Shown here in pieces: positions 23,812 to 36,060 of a DNA stretch of 64,000 nucleotides. How positions within the stretch are numbered: position 1 is the stretch's first letter; every line of letters starts with the position of its first letter. Position numbers and translations under genes: made by a program. The stretch comes from Psammoneis japonica. Lineage: Eukaryota. A model generated the notes under the pieces. It was given only the letters and a program-made list of their open reading frames with translations, ran no database searches and had not been told where the DNA came from. The stretch spans positions 496,001 to 560,000 of the forward strand of contig QPGO01000022.1 of NCBI GenBank assembly GCA_008632985.1, read 5' to 3'.

Positions 23812-23925
23812 TGATGACGTAGATCCAACTTAGGACTTACTCATTCCAGCGAACCCAGTACTACGGAGTACAAAAGAAAAGGCAATAGCTGATGTCATCA
23901 GGATCCGATCGACCAATGACGTCAG
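23812..23925. promoter_or_regulatory. Cluster of CRE/UPRE-like TGACGT motifs and a CCAAT box upstream of the bZIP gene
   Basis: GATGACGTAG at about 23813, TGATGTCATCA at about 23890, CCAATGACGTCAG at about 23913. Confidence 0.4.
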
Positions 23926-24563
23926 TCTCTTTCGTCCGTTGAGGGAGTTGAAGTGGTGTTGAACGAATCTTGAACACAGTAGAGTAGGGCCCTACCGTAT
24001 GGTAATCTGAATCTGAAGATGATTCGCTGTTGGTGGTGCGATCTTCTCAAGAGGCAGAGGACCACCTCTACAGTACAAGCTAAGACTGAAGTACTGCAAT
24101 CTACTCTCTAGACATTTTCACAATCAGCCTCTCGACGTACTGTTACATTTTATCTTTGTCGACTCGCTCTACTCTCTAGTTGTTCCCTCTAGAGAGAACG
24201 AAAGGGTGTATTCATGCCGTGGCACAATAAATCAAGAGATTCCGTTTTTTTGCTCGAGATGCAGGCGGGCATGTGAAACTATGTACCCTGTTGTCTGACT
24301 CCACTAGTTTCTTACAAATCCACCATTCAAAGACAAAAGATCTTGGAATGGAAAGCGAAGAGGCGGTCGTTCAAGGCTGCTGATCCCGATGACATTACGC
24401 CGCACTCGCAATGACACATGACGTCAGAAATACTAGTATGAGCTCCAACAAATCCAGTAAGACAAGGTTTCCGCAAAATATCAAGCATCGGCGACCATTC
24501 TCTGGCGCGAAATACGTTGTACAAAGAATCATCAAAGGCATGCACCCGGCAGCATTGATGCGA

Positions 24564-25751
24564 TCAAGATGTATTGCCAGCACCGGTTGCTTGTTCCAAC
24601 GTCAACACTCCCGAATGATCAGAGTCCATCAACTCGAACTGCTTCTTTAGTAGCTTCAGTGTCGCAAGGGAAGTCTTTCCTTGGCGCAAAAAGTGTAACA
24701 CAATATAGTCGGACAGATGAACAACAGAATCCGTCGTACAAAGATGCTTAGCAAACTCGAACTCTTCCAGAGAGAGAGGCTTTGATATGGCTTCCTGCTC
24801 TACGTCTCTTGCTTGGGTTTCGACCAGTAACCGTGCAAAATGACCGAGCGTCAGGTAGAACAACGGAATCCCAAACAAACAGAAGACTCCACAAAAGATT
24901 GCCGCCCTTGCCGGTAGTACGCCGTCTTCTCCAACCGCAGGCGCGGTTAAGCCACCCGTAGCAAGGGCAGAGACTGCAAAATGCGTAGCAGTAATAGGGT
25001 CCCAGTGTTGTTCTCTCATACCCCATGTGACTCCCATTGCAATCCACAACAAAAACACTACATAGATTCGATACTCAATACTGCACAAAGTCTTAAGCAG
25101 TTCCCACGCCTGAGCTGCAGTCCTCTTGAACTTGTTCTTACTATACAGTGCGCCAGATGTCTTCATGAGCTTGTGGATACCTCGGTATCGACCAATAAAC
25201 TTCTTGTAGTCAATGACCCCTCGATTCTTTCGATCGAATTTCCTCCACAAGAGTTGGAACTCCTCTTGACTGAGGTTGTAGCCACCCCACTCGAGAAGCT
25301 CGTGGAACTCGTCTAGTGTTAATTTTCCCGTGTCATCCTTGTCCGCTCTTCTGAACGCATCCTGCTCTAGAAGCAGTTTATACTCTCTGTGGGCTGTCTC
25401 GTCTATTCCCTCTAGCGCATCGTCCATAAACATGTAGAGCGCTCCGCCAACACAAGAAGCTCCGAGCAGAATGTAAACAATTGTGAAGGCGCGACTTTTG
25501 ACCTCGGTTTCTCCTACTTCGGTACAGAATCCAATGGACATACCAGCACTGCATTCAAGCGAATTGGAATTGATACGTGAGAGAAACTTGGTCAGTGCTA
25601 TAGGAAAAGAATGATAAAAACGCATTGACTTTTCCACTTACTCTACTGCGTAAAAGAAGCTCTGAGAAACCGGCCATTTGTAGAACCAAGTATAAAATAA
25701 AGTACCGGTTGAAATCCATGCCAGTACAATCGCCATGCAGGCCGCATACAT
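24564..25751 (-). CDS. Two-pore-domain K+ channel-like protein with EF-hands; intron about 25549-25641, 5' end uncertain
   Basis: Two pore-loop-like segments (FYAVD-AGMSIGF; HFAVSALATGGL), each flanked by TM helices. EF-hands DKDDTGKLTLDE, DRKNRGVIDYKK and DSDHSGVLTLEQ. Confidence 0.8.
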
Positions 25752-26480
25752 TTTTAATCGTTTCTGGTACCGACGCGTTGGTGTCGCAGTGATGTGTTCC
25801 GATTCTTGAGCCGCCTCACAGAAGCTATGTTGTGTTGAGCAACGGTTTCTGCTTCGCCTCCTCCTCGAACCTTTCTCTGTGCAAATGACTCGAGCGCCTT
25901 TTCACCGCTCAAGTAGTGAACTCTTCGCGATGCACTGGGGTCTTGAAACGACATGACCCGAATGCAGGTTCTCCAAAGCAGAACGCAGCAACAACAGCAA
26001 ACGCCAACTTTGATATCAGTTCTACCATTCTGTCATTGTTACAGCATACAGCATAGATGCCAATATCTTGGTGCACGCCCTTTGTCGATATATGATTTCG
26101 ATCCTTTTTCTCTAACCGGAAGGATGGGAGAGATACAATCCGCAACTTCACGTTGCTGGAAAAGATGTTTGTCACTTGTCGAAGATTCAAACAAAAGACA
26201 GGATGATTCAGGATTCAAAAATAGATTCCACAAAAGCTTCAAAATACCCCGCACCTGTAACGGGTAACAAGAACATAAAACGCTCACATCGGTCACCACA
26301 ACCACAACCACAACATCTCCTTTTGCGTTCGTACCGGTAGTTGGCATTGCTGCGATCTGCGCCGCGCGCGCGGCCAGCAGTCGCCTCGCTATTGTACGCC
26401 CGTCACCCGCCGCCGCGTTGTAGTCCATAGTTTTTGCTTCCCTGAGCGTGTTGTTGGTTGTTGGCTCTTCGTCGTCAACC

Positions 26481-27522
26481 ATGTTGAAGGAGTTTTTTGC
26501 TGACGCGTCGGATTATCTCAATTCTTTGACTGGAATCGAAGGATTTACTGGGGTAAGTGTAATAGGATTTGAAAGTGGAAAAGAACCTCGCTCGAGCCTA
26601 AGTTGTCGAATCTTTTGTCTCACTCGTTCTTCTTTATCACAGTACGTTGTTATTGTTGGTGTTGTACTGGTCGGTTATAGAATGATGAATGGAGAATCTC
26701 CCCACCACGCACACGCCTCCAAGCATGGAGAGCAGAACATGAATGAGGAGGCGGAAGAAGAACCGGACAAACCCAGAAACTTCACTGCAATCCAACTAAA
26801 GGAATTTGACGGCAAGTTGGACCCAAAGTCGAACGAGCCAAAGCCTGTTTATCTTTCGTTGAATGGAACTGTGTTCGATGTTAGCAAAGGTCGTGATTAC
26901 TATGGTCCAGGTATGTATTTTGACACAACTTACTTTGATCTTTCCGTATTCCTCAAGCTCACCTATCGCGTTCGCAGATGGCCCTTACGAGATGTTTGCT
27001 GGGCATGAATGTGGTGTTGCACTGGCAAAAATGAGTTTTGATACGACATACCTTGACAACATGAAAATGTGCGAATCTCTCAACTTCGGAGAAAAGAACG
27101 AGCTAGATGGATGGATTGAGAAATTCAAATACTATCGTTGTTATCCGGTCTTGGGGCGGTTGATTCCGGATGATGAGCTCCCATCTTCAGATCGGATTCT
27201 TTCGGTAGAAGATTTGGCACCCTACAATGGTTCTGGAGATACTCCCAAGGGGTATGCAACCGCACCTATCTATCTTGGCGCAGGCGACAAGGTCTATGAT
27301 GTTTCATTTGGTGGTGTCGACTTTTATGGCCCGGGTTGCTCGTACAACCGATTTGCGGGAAAGAACGCCTCGAGGGCCTTGGCAAAAATGAGTTTTGAAC
27401 CAGATGATATTGAGAATAGCGATCTCTCGGATTTGACTGAGAAAGAAAAGAAAATTTTGAGTGATTGGATTAAAACCTTTGAAGAAAGGAAGAAGTATCC
27501 TTGTGTAGGTCGTCTTGCTTGA
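26481..27522 (+). CDS. Membrane-associated cytochrome b5-like heme/steroid-binding protein (MAPR family, two domains); 3 exons
   Basis: N-terminal TM segment. VFDVSKGRDYYGP/GPYEMFAG and VYDVSFGG..FYGPG.SYNRFAGKNASRALA. Introns about 26553-26642 and 26911-26977. Confidence 0.9.
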
Positions 27523-27906
27523 AGTCCAAGGTCGAGGGGACTCCAAACAGACGATGCCACGGCTGTTTCGATAAATCGCTTCAGTAGGCTAGACACACTC
27601 TGTTTTGTGTACTCGTAGAAACTTTTAAATTGTGTCCTCCGTCAAATAAATCTTCCTACTGTACCTTTCTCCATGATCGCGACAACTCACGCAAATAAAA
27701 GTCACGGTGTGACGTGTGCTCGGTCGGTCCGCCTGCCGCCCGGCGGCCTGGCGTCTTGCGTTGATTTGGCATTTTTTTACCTGGTGTGGGCAAAGCTTTT
27801 TGATTAACTCGACTCGAGCGAAGCGAGAGTCAGCACGCCAAAGTAACCCGGATTTGAAAATAGACACAAAACCGCTCTCACACTTGCGTGAAGCACCCAT
27901 GTCACC

Positions 27907-30900
27907 ATGGGCGGAACCGGCAGCGGCGGCAATAGAAAGGGGTCTGGCAGGCCAGTCTCCCATGTTAAAGGACAAGGAACCATGTTTGGAGCCAAGTGTG
28001 ATCGAAGTGAAGAATTGGCTCGAAAGCAGAGTGCTCAGCCGGCGTTGACGGTTGCAGAAGCTCGGCGCAAGCGAGAAGCCGAGCAGCAGAAAGCAGCAGA
28101 AGCGGAGCTGCAAGCAGCCAGAACAAGGGAAAGACAAGAGGCTCTGGAGCAAGAACGTCTTAACAAACAGAAGAGAGAAGAGGAAAAACAAATTCAGGCG
28201 CTGGAGAGGCTCACTGCAGCGGCAGATGTTGCGAGAAATGGGTCGGCACCAGGACAGGAGGAAGGCGACGACGACGACGAGGCGTATTTTAGCGACGACG
28301 ATGAAGACTACGATGAAGACACTGAAGATGACATCAGTGAAGCAACAAAAAAGAAGCGTGAGTCGTCTCGTTGTAAGCCACCTCCGGGCTCACGGCTGTC
28401 GAATTGCTTGGAAGGAGTCAAGAATGCCATCAACAGCTCGAGCAACGCAATCGCACGAAAGAACGGCAAGCAGTGGCATCCGCCCGATTTTTCAGCTGTG
28501 TCACTTCCAACTCTTGATCCATTTAATTGGGCAAAAGAGGCTGCATGGGTGTTTCATTTTGATCCATTTGGGCACAATGGGAAATCCACAAGATTGGCTC
28601 TGAATGAGCACAAATGCATCCACTGCGGCAAGTGTGGCACTCTTGAGTCCAATGGGTGGCATTGTCGGCCAATGCATCTTTATTTGATTACTTCTTGGGT
28701 TCTTCATCGGAGAATTCGTTGCAGAGGAGAGGACAGGAACAAACAGGGGTGTGGCAGAACGTTTGCAGAGTTCCATCCGAAGTTTGTGGCCCAGTTGCCA
28801 AATGTTGTTTCCGAGCGATTTCCATTTCTCGTCACCGCCAGTGGTGTCGGCATGCATGAGTCAATGATGTGCCAGTTTCTCCACTTGTGTGTGAAGGGCA
28901 TGCTGTTTGGCACATGTTGCTCCAGTGTCAATGAACCGAAGCATGCGCAATGTTGGAAGGACAATCTTTCACATCTCGATGTGCTTTCCGACAAGGTGGA
29001 TGGTCGGGTGGCTTCATTGTCAGCTGCTGCAGCAACTGACACATTTGTCCCCCAGCCATTCTTTCCCCATCAGTCTGTGGGTGAATGCAATGGTGTGCTG
29101 TTAAAACCACGACTTTTAAAGACGCTCTTTCTACAGGTGCGTGTCGTCTCGGTTGTCACTGTCAACTGTGTGCTGTCATTCTCACCAGCTCTTTGCATTG
29201 CATCTTGTCAGGCAATGTCCACTCTAGAGCCACATTTTCAAATCAGCCACCAATTGCACCCTGATGAGTCAGAGAGCAGTGATCATTCGTTCAAATTCGC
29301 GAAGGTGACATCGGCATCGAAACAATTTGGGAAAGCGTTCCTTGCAACATAAAACTCTCTATCTCTTAGAGGCATGGTCACCTTCAATCGTTTGACCCAT
29401 GCCAAATCTAATGATGAGTTGAGGCCGCTATTTCAACAGCACAAAACCGTGAGAATCAACAGCGGAGCTGCCGAACTGAAAAGGGTGGAAGGCGATGGTG
29501 GTGGCGACCGTGGGTTGTGGCCCGAGGTTTTCAAAGAGCTCCTACAGAAAGTGAGACCTTGGCGAAAGAAGTCTCACAATGGTCTCCCTCGGGCTTCTCT
29601 GGCACGAGACAAACATGTTGTGTTCTCGACTTACACTGAGGCTCAGAACTGGGCCCTTTCTCTTGCTGCAAAAGTTGCTTCTCTCGAGGGTGAGATTGTG
29701 TGCGGCATCGACTCGGAGTGCAACCTTGATGAAACACGGTCGACTGCACGGGCAATCCAGTTGTGCTTTCCGTCTGAGCTCTGTGACAAAGTCGTGATTC
29801 TTGACTTGACAGAAATGGGTCTTTTTGATGCATCCGACGTGCCGCCAGCTTTGAAGCACCTTTTGGAAAATAAGAAGCTCGTCCCTGCTGCCGTGAATGT
29901 CTCATTCGACATTGCAAGATGCCAGGCTCTTGGAATCAACATGCTTCGTGCAATTGAAACAATGGAGTTAGCGAAACAGCTGGAGCCAAGTCATCCAGAG
30001 GGATGTGGCATGCAGAAACTCTGCGCTCGACTTCTTGAGCTTTACGTTGATGAGTTTGGCCAGAATGCAGACTGGAGGGGATTGAAAGACAGTGACAGCT
30101 TAAAGGAGCATGCGGCATTGGATCCACACTTACATTTGCGGCTTTGTGTGATGCTGCAGTCACGGATTGCAGATGCAAGGCGGACAGGGAGCATGTCAGC
30201 ATCCACTCTGTCGGATGGCAAGAACGTGCACCCAACGCACCGCAATCAAGTTTGTGCCACGGGTGAGCTTGTGTTTGTGGGTGGTGCAGGTGGTGAGATT
30301 CGGAAGTGGGGTCAAATGACTGTTGGGAAAAACAACAGCATTGTGAAGATCAATCGTGTCATTGTGCGAAGTGTTGGACCAGCGTTCAGCTGCAATGTTG
30401 CTGCAGAGGAGCACGCAGCCGGTGTCACGGGTTGGAGCCATGCAGAAGTTCCACTGTGTGATGAATTTGAGAAACGCAAAACCTTGGAAGGCATGGCAGT
30501 TGCATGGCCCACCGATCGTGTTCGTGTGCATTTAGAACCAGCGGCAACTGTCGACTCCGTTGAACCTTCAGCTCGTTCTGATGATGACATGGATGATTCG
30601 GCAGACGGGGCACCAAGAGACAAACCAGAAGAAGTGGTGGGTGCTGGCGATGGTGGCAATGATGTGAACAATGTGGTGGATGATTGCTTGGGCGATGATG
30701 CCACAGGAGAAGCGGTGGGTGGCATTGACTCGGAGGCACCGACTGCTGCGGCTGATGCAAATGCGAACGAGTGGCTCTGTGATGCTGGTGACTTTGAGGA
30801 CGAGAATGACACTGTTGACCTTCCAAGAACACGTCAATCAATGGATCGGTTCCACATGTTCGATGACATTCCGTCCTCGTCAAATCCCAAAACCAAAAAT

Positions 30901-32467
30901 GTGTTGAAGTTGGTTCGTCAATTGGTGGTTCAAGCCACCATTGAGTTTGATGCAGATGGCTGGCATGACATGACGAGATTCCTTGCCGACCATCGTGGCA
31001 TTGCTTCCATGGAGGACACACTTGACCACTTCTGCTTCAACCGAGAATTTTGGTGCCAGCGAGTCCAGACATGCCCCCCTGCCGCAAAGAAAGGAGCTGA
31101 CAACATTCGTGCTGTCCGGGACATGGTGCAATCTAATCCTGTCCTGAAAGAGTGCTGGAGTTCCAACCTGGAACAATGCTTCAACCGGTTGGAAGAAATG
31201 CACCAGAAAGGTCAACTCGAGGAATCTCGAGATGTGGCAATGCATCAGTGGGACGGCAAGGACAAGCATGGGTTGAATCTTTGGCTGCGTCAACGGGGAT
31301 CAAATCGGTCGGAGAATTTGCATCAGAAGATGCGGGTGGCGTTTGGACCCCATGGCATTGGTGCAAAGGTGGGGCACTTCTTGCTTCTCCTTGTCACGTG
31401 TCGACACAGTGTCAATGCTGGGGTGCGACGCAGTGGTTTCCATGACTTTGGCATGCCGCATCATGACATTGTTGATCGAATGCAACTTCGCATGACAAAG
31501 TTGTTTGCGTGCGATCCATTTCCCCATCACACCAACCAGTTGTTGTTTGAGCCAGCAAAGGATTTTGTTGCGGTTGGTGTGGGGCCATTAAATTATGATG
31601 CCAAGTTTGTTGAGCACCAAGACTCACCGGATCCCAAGCTCACAGGTGACTTGAAGTTTCTTGCTGGTGAGTGGCACCGTGCATTTCTTGATGACGTCGC
31701 TCTTGCAAATCTCACAGGAACGTTGCTCGGTCGCACTAGAACGCATGAAACTGAGAGGCCCCCCATTGCACATTAGCCATCCAAATGAAAAGCGAACATA
31801 CAATGATTTTCTAAAGGATCACCCGAAACCCACGTGGAAAACGTGGGTTGATTTGGCAAGCTTGTTCAAAATGAAAGCAGACTGTGTCACGATTTTTCCC
31901 AAGCTCCCTTCCATGCTCAAAAGCTGCTGCAACAAGTGGAAAGTCACACAGGAGTTGGTAATGCTCAAGGATTCTATTGGAGTGGACTGCTGTGGACTGT
32001 TAAAACAATTTGCTTGGCCAAGTCGGGAAGAACAGAACAAAAATCCGGCTGCTGTTTTTCAGAAAAATTCCAGCAAGCCCACCTTGGAGACAGCAGCAAA
32101 CGTGTTGGAGCAGACCATCACAGAGGCTGCATTCGACAATGATGATGCCATTTCCACCAACCCAATGCCAGTGGCACCATTGGTTGCTCCCACTCAAGCC
32201 ACCTGCATTGTCAGCGCCGACAAGGATGGACGCGGGGCAGACCGACGATGCTGCAGCGCCGCTCCTTTTGGATGCCCCAACCTTGCCAAGGACTGTTCAT
32301 GGCGGGGATGGCAACATTGCTCATTGGTCAAACGCAAGAGTGTTCTAGTGAATGCACCTGACTCAGAAGGGGAACGGAAAAGGTTGAAACGTGAGTGCAA
32401 CAAAAAGCGGTTGTCAGAGAGAATGGCAGAACTCAGAAAGAAGAAGGGAGCAGCAAGCAACAAGTGA
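27907..32467 (+). pseudogene. Transposase with inserted DEDDy 3'-5' exonuclease; introns about 29137-29211 and 31667-31739; in-frame TAA at 29350-29352; hypermutated
   Basis: Cys-rich Zn-finger region. DHSFK (first D), DRFH (DxxH) and RGSNRSENLH (E). Exonuclease motifs GIDSE, FDI and HAALD (expected YAALD) lie between the second D and DxxH. Confidence 0.75.
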
Positions 32468-32669
32468 GCAGCAATAACAACACTTCTATTACACCATAAT
32501 GTCATCATATTTTATCCCTGTAGACCAATGTAGACTGCCCTTACCGGCATTGTGCCATTGCTCTCATCGCACCGTAGGTCATCTTTGGACCGCCGAGTTT
32601 TTTGAGAAGTAGTTGGAAGTGCTGTGTGTGAATTGACTAATTTGATTCAAATCTCAAATGAAAATGACT

Positions 32670-32830
32670 CTCCTTATGTGTGATGTAACCTGAACCTAAT
32701 GTGCGGTATAAACTGATGACTCCTAGACGTCATCAGCGCCTTATGTGCGGTATAAATTTTATACCGCACATAAGGACAACGTATTTAACGAATGACCGTA
32801 AATGTCCATGGGGTCCTTATGTGCGGTATC
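32670..32830. repeat. Subterminal repeats CCTTATGTGCGGTAT, including a perfect 37-bp palindrome (32739-32775)
   Basis: Four to five copies in both orientations. The 18-bp arms CCTTATGTGCGGTATAAA surround a single T. Confidence 0.9.
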
Positions 32831-32923
32831 CCACACTGTTTGACGACCTGCCGTTGATTTCGGTCGATTTGCGGTACATTCCGTTGCGATAACCACTCTC
32901 CTGAAGCCTCACAGTACAGTAAA

Positions 32924-33187
32924 ATGACAAGGCGGTCGGTCGCTGCATTGGCTAAGCAAGGCGGTCGCACTGTGGTACGGGATCCAAGAAAGAAGCGTCT
33001 TCCAACTGTTGTGCCGCAGGGGCCACCTTCCGAACAACAGCCAGCTCACCCCTGGAGACAACAAACACTTCCGTTTCAGCCTAGCGATCAAAATCAGCGT
33101 GCAGTAGGATCATCCTTGGGTTCTTACGTCTTAATGGGAGCTGGAGTCGCTATTGGATTCACATTGATCGGCGCAATATTTGGTTAG
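32924..33187 (+). CDS. Small (87 aa) protein with a basic N-terminus and a C-terminal Gly-rich TM helix; copy 1
   Basis: AAAATG start context. The ORF is conserved in the duplicate at 49155-49418. Confidence 0.65.
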   Translation: MTRRSVAALAKQGGRTVVRDPRKKRLPTVVPQGPPSEQQPAHPWRQQTLPFQPSDQNQRAVGSSLGSYVLMGAGVAIGFTLIGAIFG

Positions 33188-33439
33188 AATGTAGCTACTG
33201 ATCCCTCTTTGTTTGACACGGAAAACGGATGTGTGATGAACTACCGCTGTGGTACAAGGCATTAGAATGAGTGAATTTAATGTCTATTCGCCACATTATT
33301 TCTAAGTTATGATTGTTTGTATGTGGATCTTCCATTTGCTTCTCCAGCAGCACCTTTGCAGCAGTAACAAAACTTTGCAAAGGTAGCCTAGTCCCACGTT
33401 GTTGCTTTCAAGCAGTAGCAAAGTCGTCTCCATGGTGCT

Positions 33440-34520
33440 TCAACGATCTCCAAAACGAGCAAGCGCTCGGCCATGCTCGTCTTTATTGCTGATAAAAAGT
33501 TAATGTACCTCGATCCCATTGAGCTCTTATGCAGTCCCATCGCACGTTTCGATTCATCGGGATCCATAAAAGCAACGTACCCTTCCCCAGTTGCTCTTCC
33601 GTCACTTCGGTATGTGAGGACAATGGATTCCTCAATAATGTTGTAGTCCTTGAAGAAGTCCTCGATATCTTTCTTCGTTGAACTAAATGGTAGGCCTCTC
33701 ATTCGAAGATAGCCAGTGTGCTCCCCGACCTGGATACCACCCCCAGTTCTACGGGTCCCGACCCCGCCGCCACCGCGGCCGCTCCTAATTGTTTGCTGTG
33801 GCACAGCCCCTTTGCCTCGAGTACCAGTGTTCCCCATACCGGTATTGCTAGTGCTGGCACCTGTGTACCCCTCCGTTTCTCCCACCATCTGGGTGGCGCT
33901 TGGAAGCCCTGCCCATGACTGTGGGACCGCTTCTGAGGGTGCTAGTAGCGATTCTCCCATACCGGCCTCTCCAGCTTGTTGCTGTTCTTGCGAGTGTTGA
34001 TGCCAATGTTGCTGAAAGAAACGCAGAACATCGGAAATTGAAAGAACAAGCGTCAGCCACGAATAATAGAGTGAGTCGTACTCACGAGTGGAGCGTGGAA
34101 CACTCACCGCTGCAATCGCCGCATAGTAGTCAGAACGTTTCCCCTGTAGCACTTCGATAAAGCGACGACCAATGCTTTGGCGGTCCCTCTGCATGAAAGA
34201 AGCGGCGCAGAAGCAAGGTGTTTGAGACCGGCAGGCGTTTCCACGTCCAAAGATGCGACGTGACGTTCCTAAACGTACCGTTGCAGCGCCATCTGAAAAT
34301 CCATTGGATTCGCAAAGACAACAAAAGCCTCACCACCAACATGAAGAACAACATCAATAACAACGAGGCCTTGGAAAAATACAAGTACGTCCTCGAGAGT
34401 TACTTCAAACGGCAGACCACGCAGCCTCGCACAAGGGAATGGCCCAAGAACCGACTCCAGCGGATCCGTCGACGACCCGAGCCCCGGAAGACCAGGCGGC
34501 AATGGAATTCCGTCCATCAT
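33440..34520 (-). CDS. hnRNP F/H-like (qRRM) RNA-binding protein, copy 1; 1-bp deletion near the C-terminus relative to copy 2
   Basis: ARLRGLPF, LRMRGLPFS, GEAFVVF and GRATGEGYVAF motifs. AAAAGTTAATG here versus AAAAGTTCAATG in copy 2 shifts RYIELF out of frame. Confidence 0.8.
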
Positions 34521-34630
34521 CGCGCCGTGGAGGTGGAGATACCTGCGGTATAAACACAAACACAACGCAGACTATCGAAAGTCACGGTAGACTTCCAGCA
34601 CGCAGACTTGATGTGTCCTCGCCTGCCGTG

Positions 34631-35503
34631 CTACCTGCCGCCCGGCCCATTGACAAGCTTGCCAAAGGGAGCTTGCGTTGATATGACTTCAGTCGATTCG
34701 AGATTTGCATTGCGATAATAACAACTACCTGAAGCCTCACAGTACAGTAAAATGATAAGGCGGTCGGTAGCTGTTGCTTGATGTTCTGGATTAAAGCCAT
34801 GCATTTTCCTCGCGTAAAGTGGATTCGTATCAGGTTCTTTCACCTTTTCTTCGTCGACAGGATCCTGTTTTTCTTGTTGAGCGACGACTTCTGTCATGGT
34901 GTCCGCATTTGCCACTTGAGAGTCCGGGACTGAGGAGGAAGCATCGTTAGTTGCATTTACTTCTGGTGTTGGAATTGCTCCCTTAGCGACACACGGTATG
35001 TCTGGAGCTTGTTGGTTTTTCAGAAACGACCTCACTGAAGCAAAAATATCTTCTTCCTCGTTACCAGAATAATCTTGGGCCTGTGAGTCGTCGTATTGGT
35101 TGTGACTCTGACGCGGTATGGGCTGCGCACGTTGCCGTTTTCTAGCCCGTCGCGGTTGCAATGAAGAAGCAGGCAGGTGCTGCTGGGATGCTTGAAAGTT
35201 ACTGTGGTTGACGTCTTGACTGAGGTTCAATGACAACTTTTGTTCGTAGACACTCGTTTCGTTGTTTGTTGAACCGAGTTCCTCCGGATAAACTTGAAAG
35301 TTACAGTGGTTGACGTCTTGACTGAGGTTCAATGACAACTTACGTTCGTAGACATTCGTTTCGATCTTTGTCGCATCGAGTTCCTCCGGATAAACAACTT
35401 CTTCCGCTTCTTCATCAGCCCAGAACACGTAGTTGCGAGGATCAAAGTCATCATAGGGATCGTCCATCATCTTGCTTTGTAGCAATGACAACCGAGATAA
35501 CAC
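34631..35503 (-). CDS. Hypothetical acidic protein with a 102-bp (34-aa) internal tandem duplication
   Basis: 290-aa ORF with the repeat VYPEEL...KLSLNLSQDVNH.NFQ twice. Its 3' end runs into a partial duplicate of the small-gene promoter. Confidence 0.45.
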   Translation of the reverse strand: MLSRLSLLQSKMMDDPYDDFDPRNYVFWADEEAEEVVYPEELDATKIETNVYERKLSLNLSQDVNHCNFQVYPEELGSTNNETSVYEQKLSLNLSQDVNHSNFQASQQHLPASSLQPRRARKRQRAQPIPRQSHNQYDDSQAQDYSGNEEEDIFASVRSFLKNQQAPDIPCVAKGAIPTPEVNATNDASSSVPDSQVANADTMTEVVAQQEKQDPVDEEKVKEPDTNPLYARKMHGFNPEHQATATDRLIILLYCEASGSCYYRNANLESTEVISTQAPFGKLVNGPGGR

Positions 35504-35604
35504 TCTACAGGTGCCATTTCAGGTCAGACGGCCGGTCAGTGATGATGTGCGTCAGGGGGGTATACGGTAGCGTAATAGGGGACTAGCAAGCGCGCCGGCA
35601 TGGT

Positions 35605-36060
35605 TCGGACAAATTGACCAGGAGTTTATGGTGGGGGTCGATTTGTCCACTATCGATTTTAAGAACACGTAAACATGGGGTGGACAAATCTACCAGGAGT
35701 TTATGGTGGGGGTCGATTTGTCCACTATCGATTTTAAGAACACATAAACATGGGGTGGACAAATCTACCAGGAGTTTATGGTGGGGGTCGATTTGTCCAC
35801 TATCGATTTTAAGAACACATAAACATGGGGTGGACAAATCTACCAGGAGTTTATGGTGGGGGTCGATTTGTCCACTATCGATTTTAAGAACACATAAACA
35901 TGGGGTGGACAAATCTACCAGGAGTTTATGGTGGGGGTCGATTTGTCCACTATCGATTTTAAAAGAACACATAAACATGGGGTGGACAAATCTACCAGGA
36001 GTTTATGGTGGGGGTCGATTTGTCCACTATCGATTTTAAAAGAACACATAAACAAGGGGT
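35605..36060. repeat. 75-bp minisatellite, about 6 near-identical copies with internal dyad symmetry
   Basis: Units start at 35617, 35692, 35767, 35842, 35917 and 35994. GATTTGTCCAC/GTGGACAAATC and GTTTATG/CATAAAC are inverted pairs. Confidence 0.95.

Larger units (their letters stand above)
27768..32852 (+). mobile_element. Dada-like DDE DNA transposon with imperfect 23-bp TIRs and an 8-bp TSD
   Basis: Both ends read GGCA-N12-GTGTGGG in exact register (27768-27790; reverse complement of 32830-32852). TSD GTTGATTT at 27760-27767 and 32853-32860. The flanks rejoin into a sequence paralogous to 49011-49140. Confidence 0.8.

Noticed and set aside
35605..36060. CRISPR-like array or a 25-aa repeat protein
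   Set aside because: The units are contiguous and identical with no unique spacers, there are no cas genes, and the context is eukaryotic. The ORFs merely reflect the 75-bp period.
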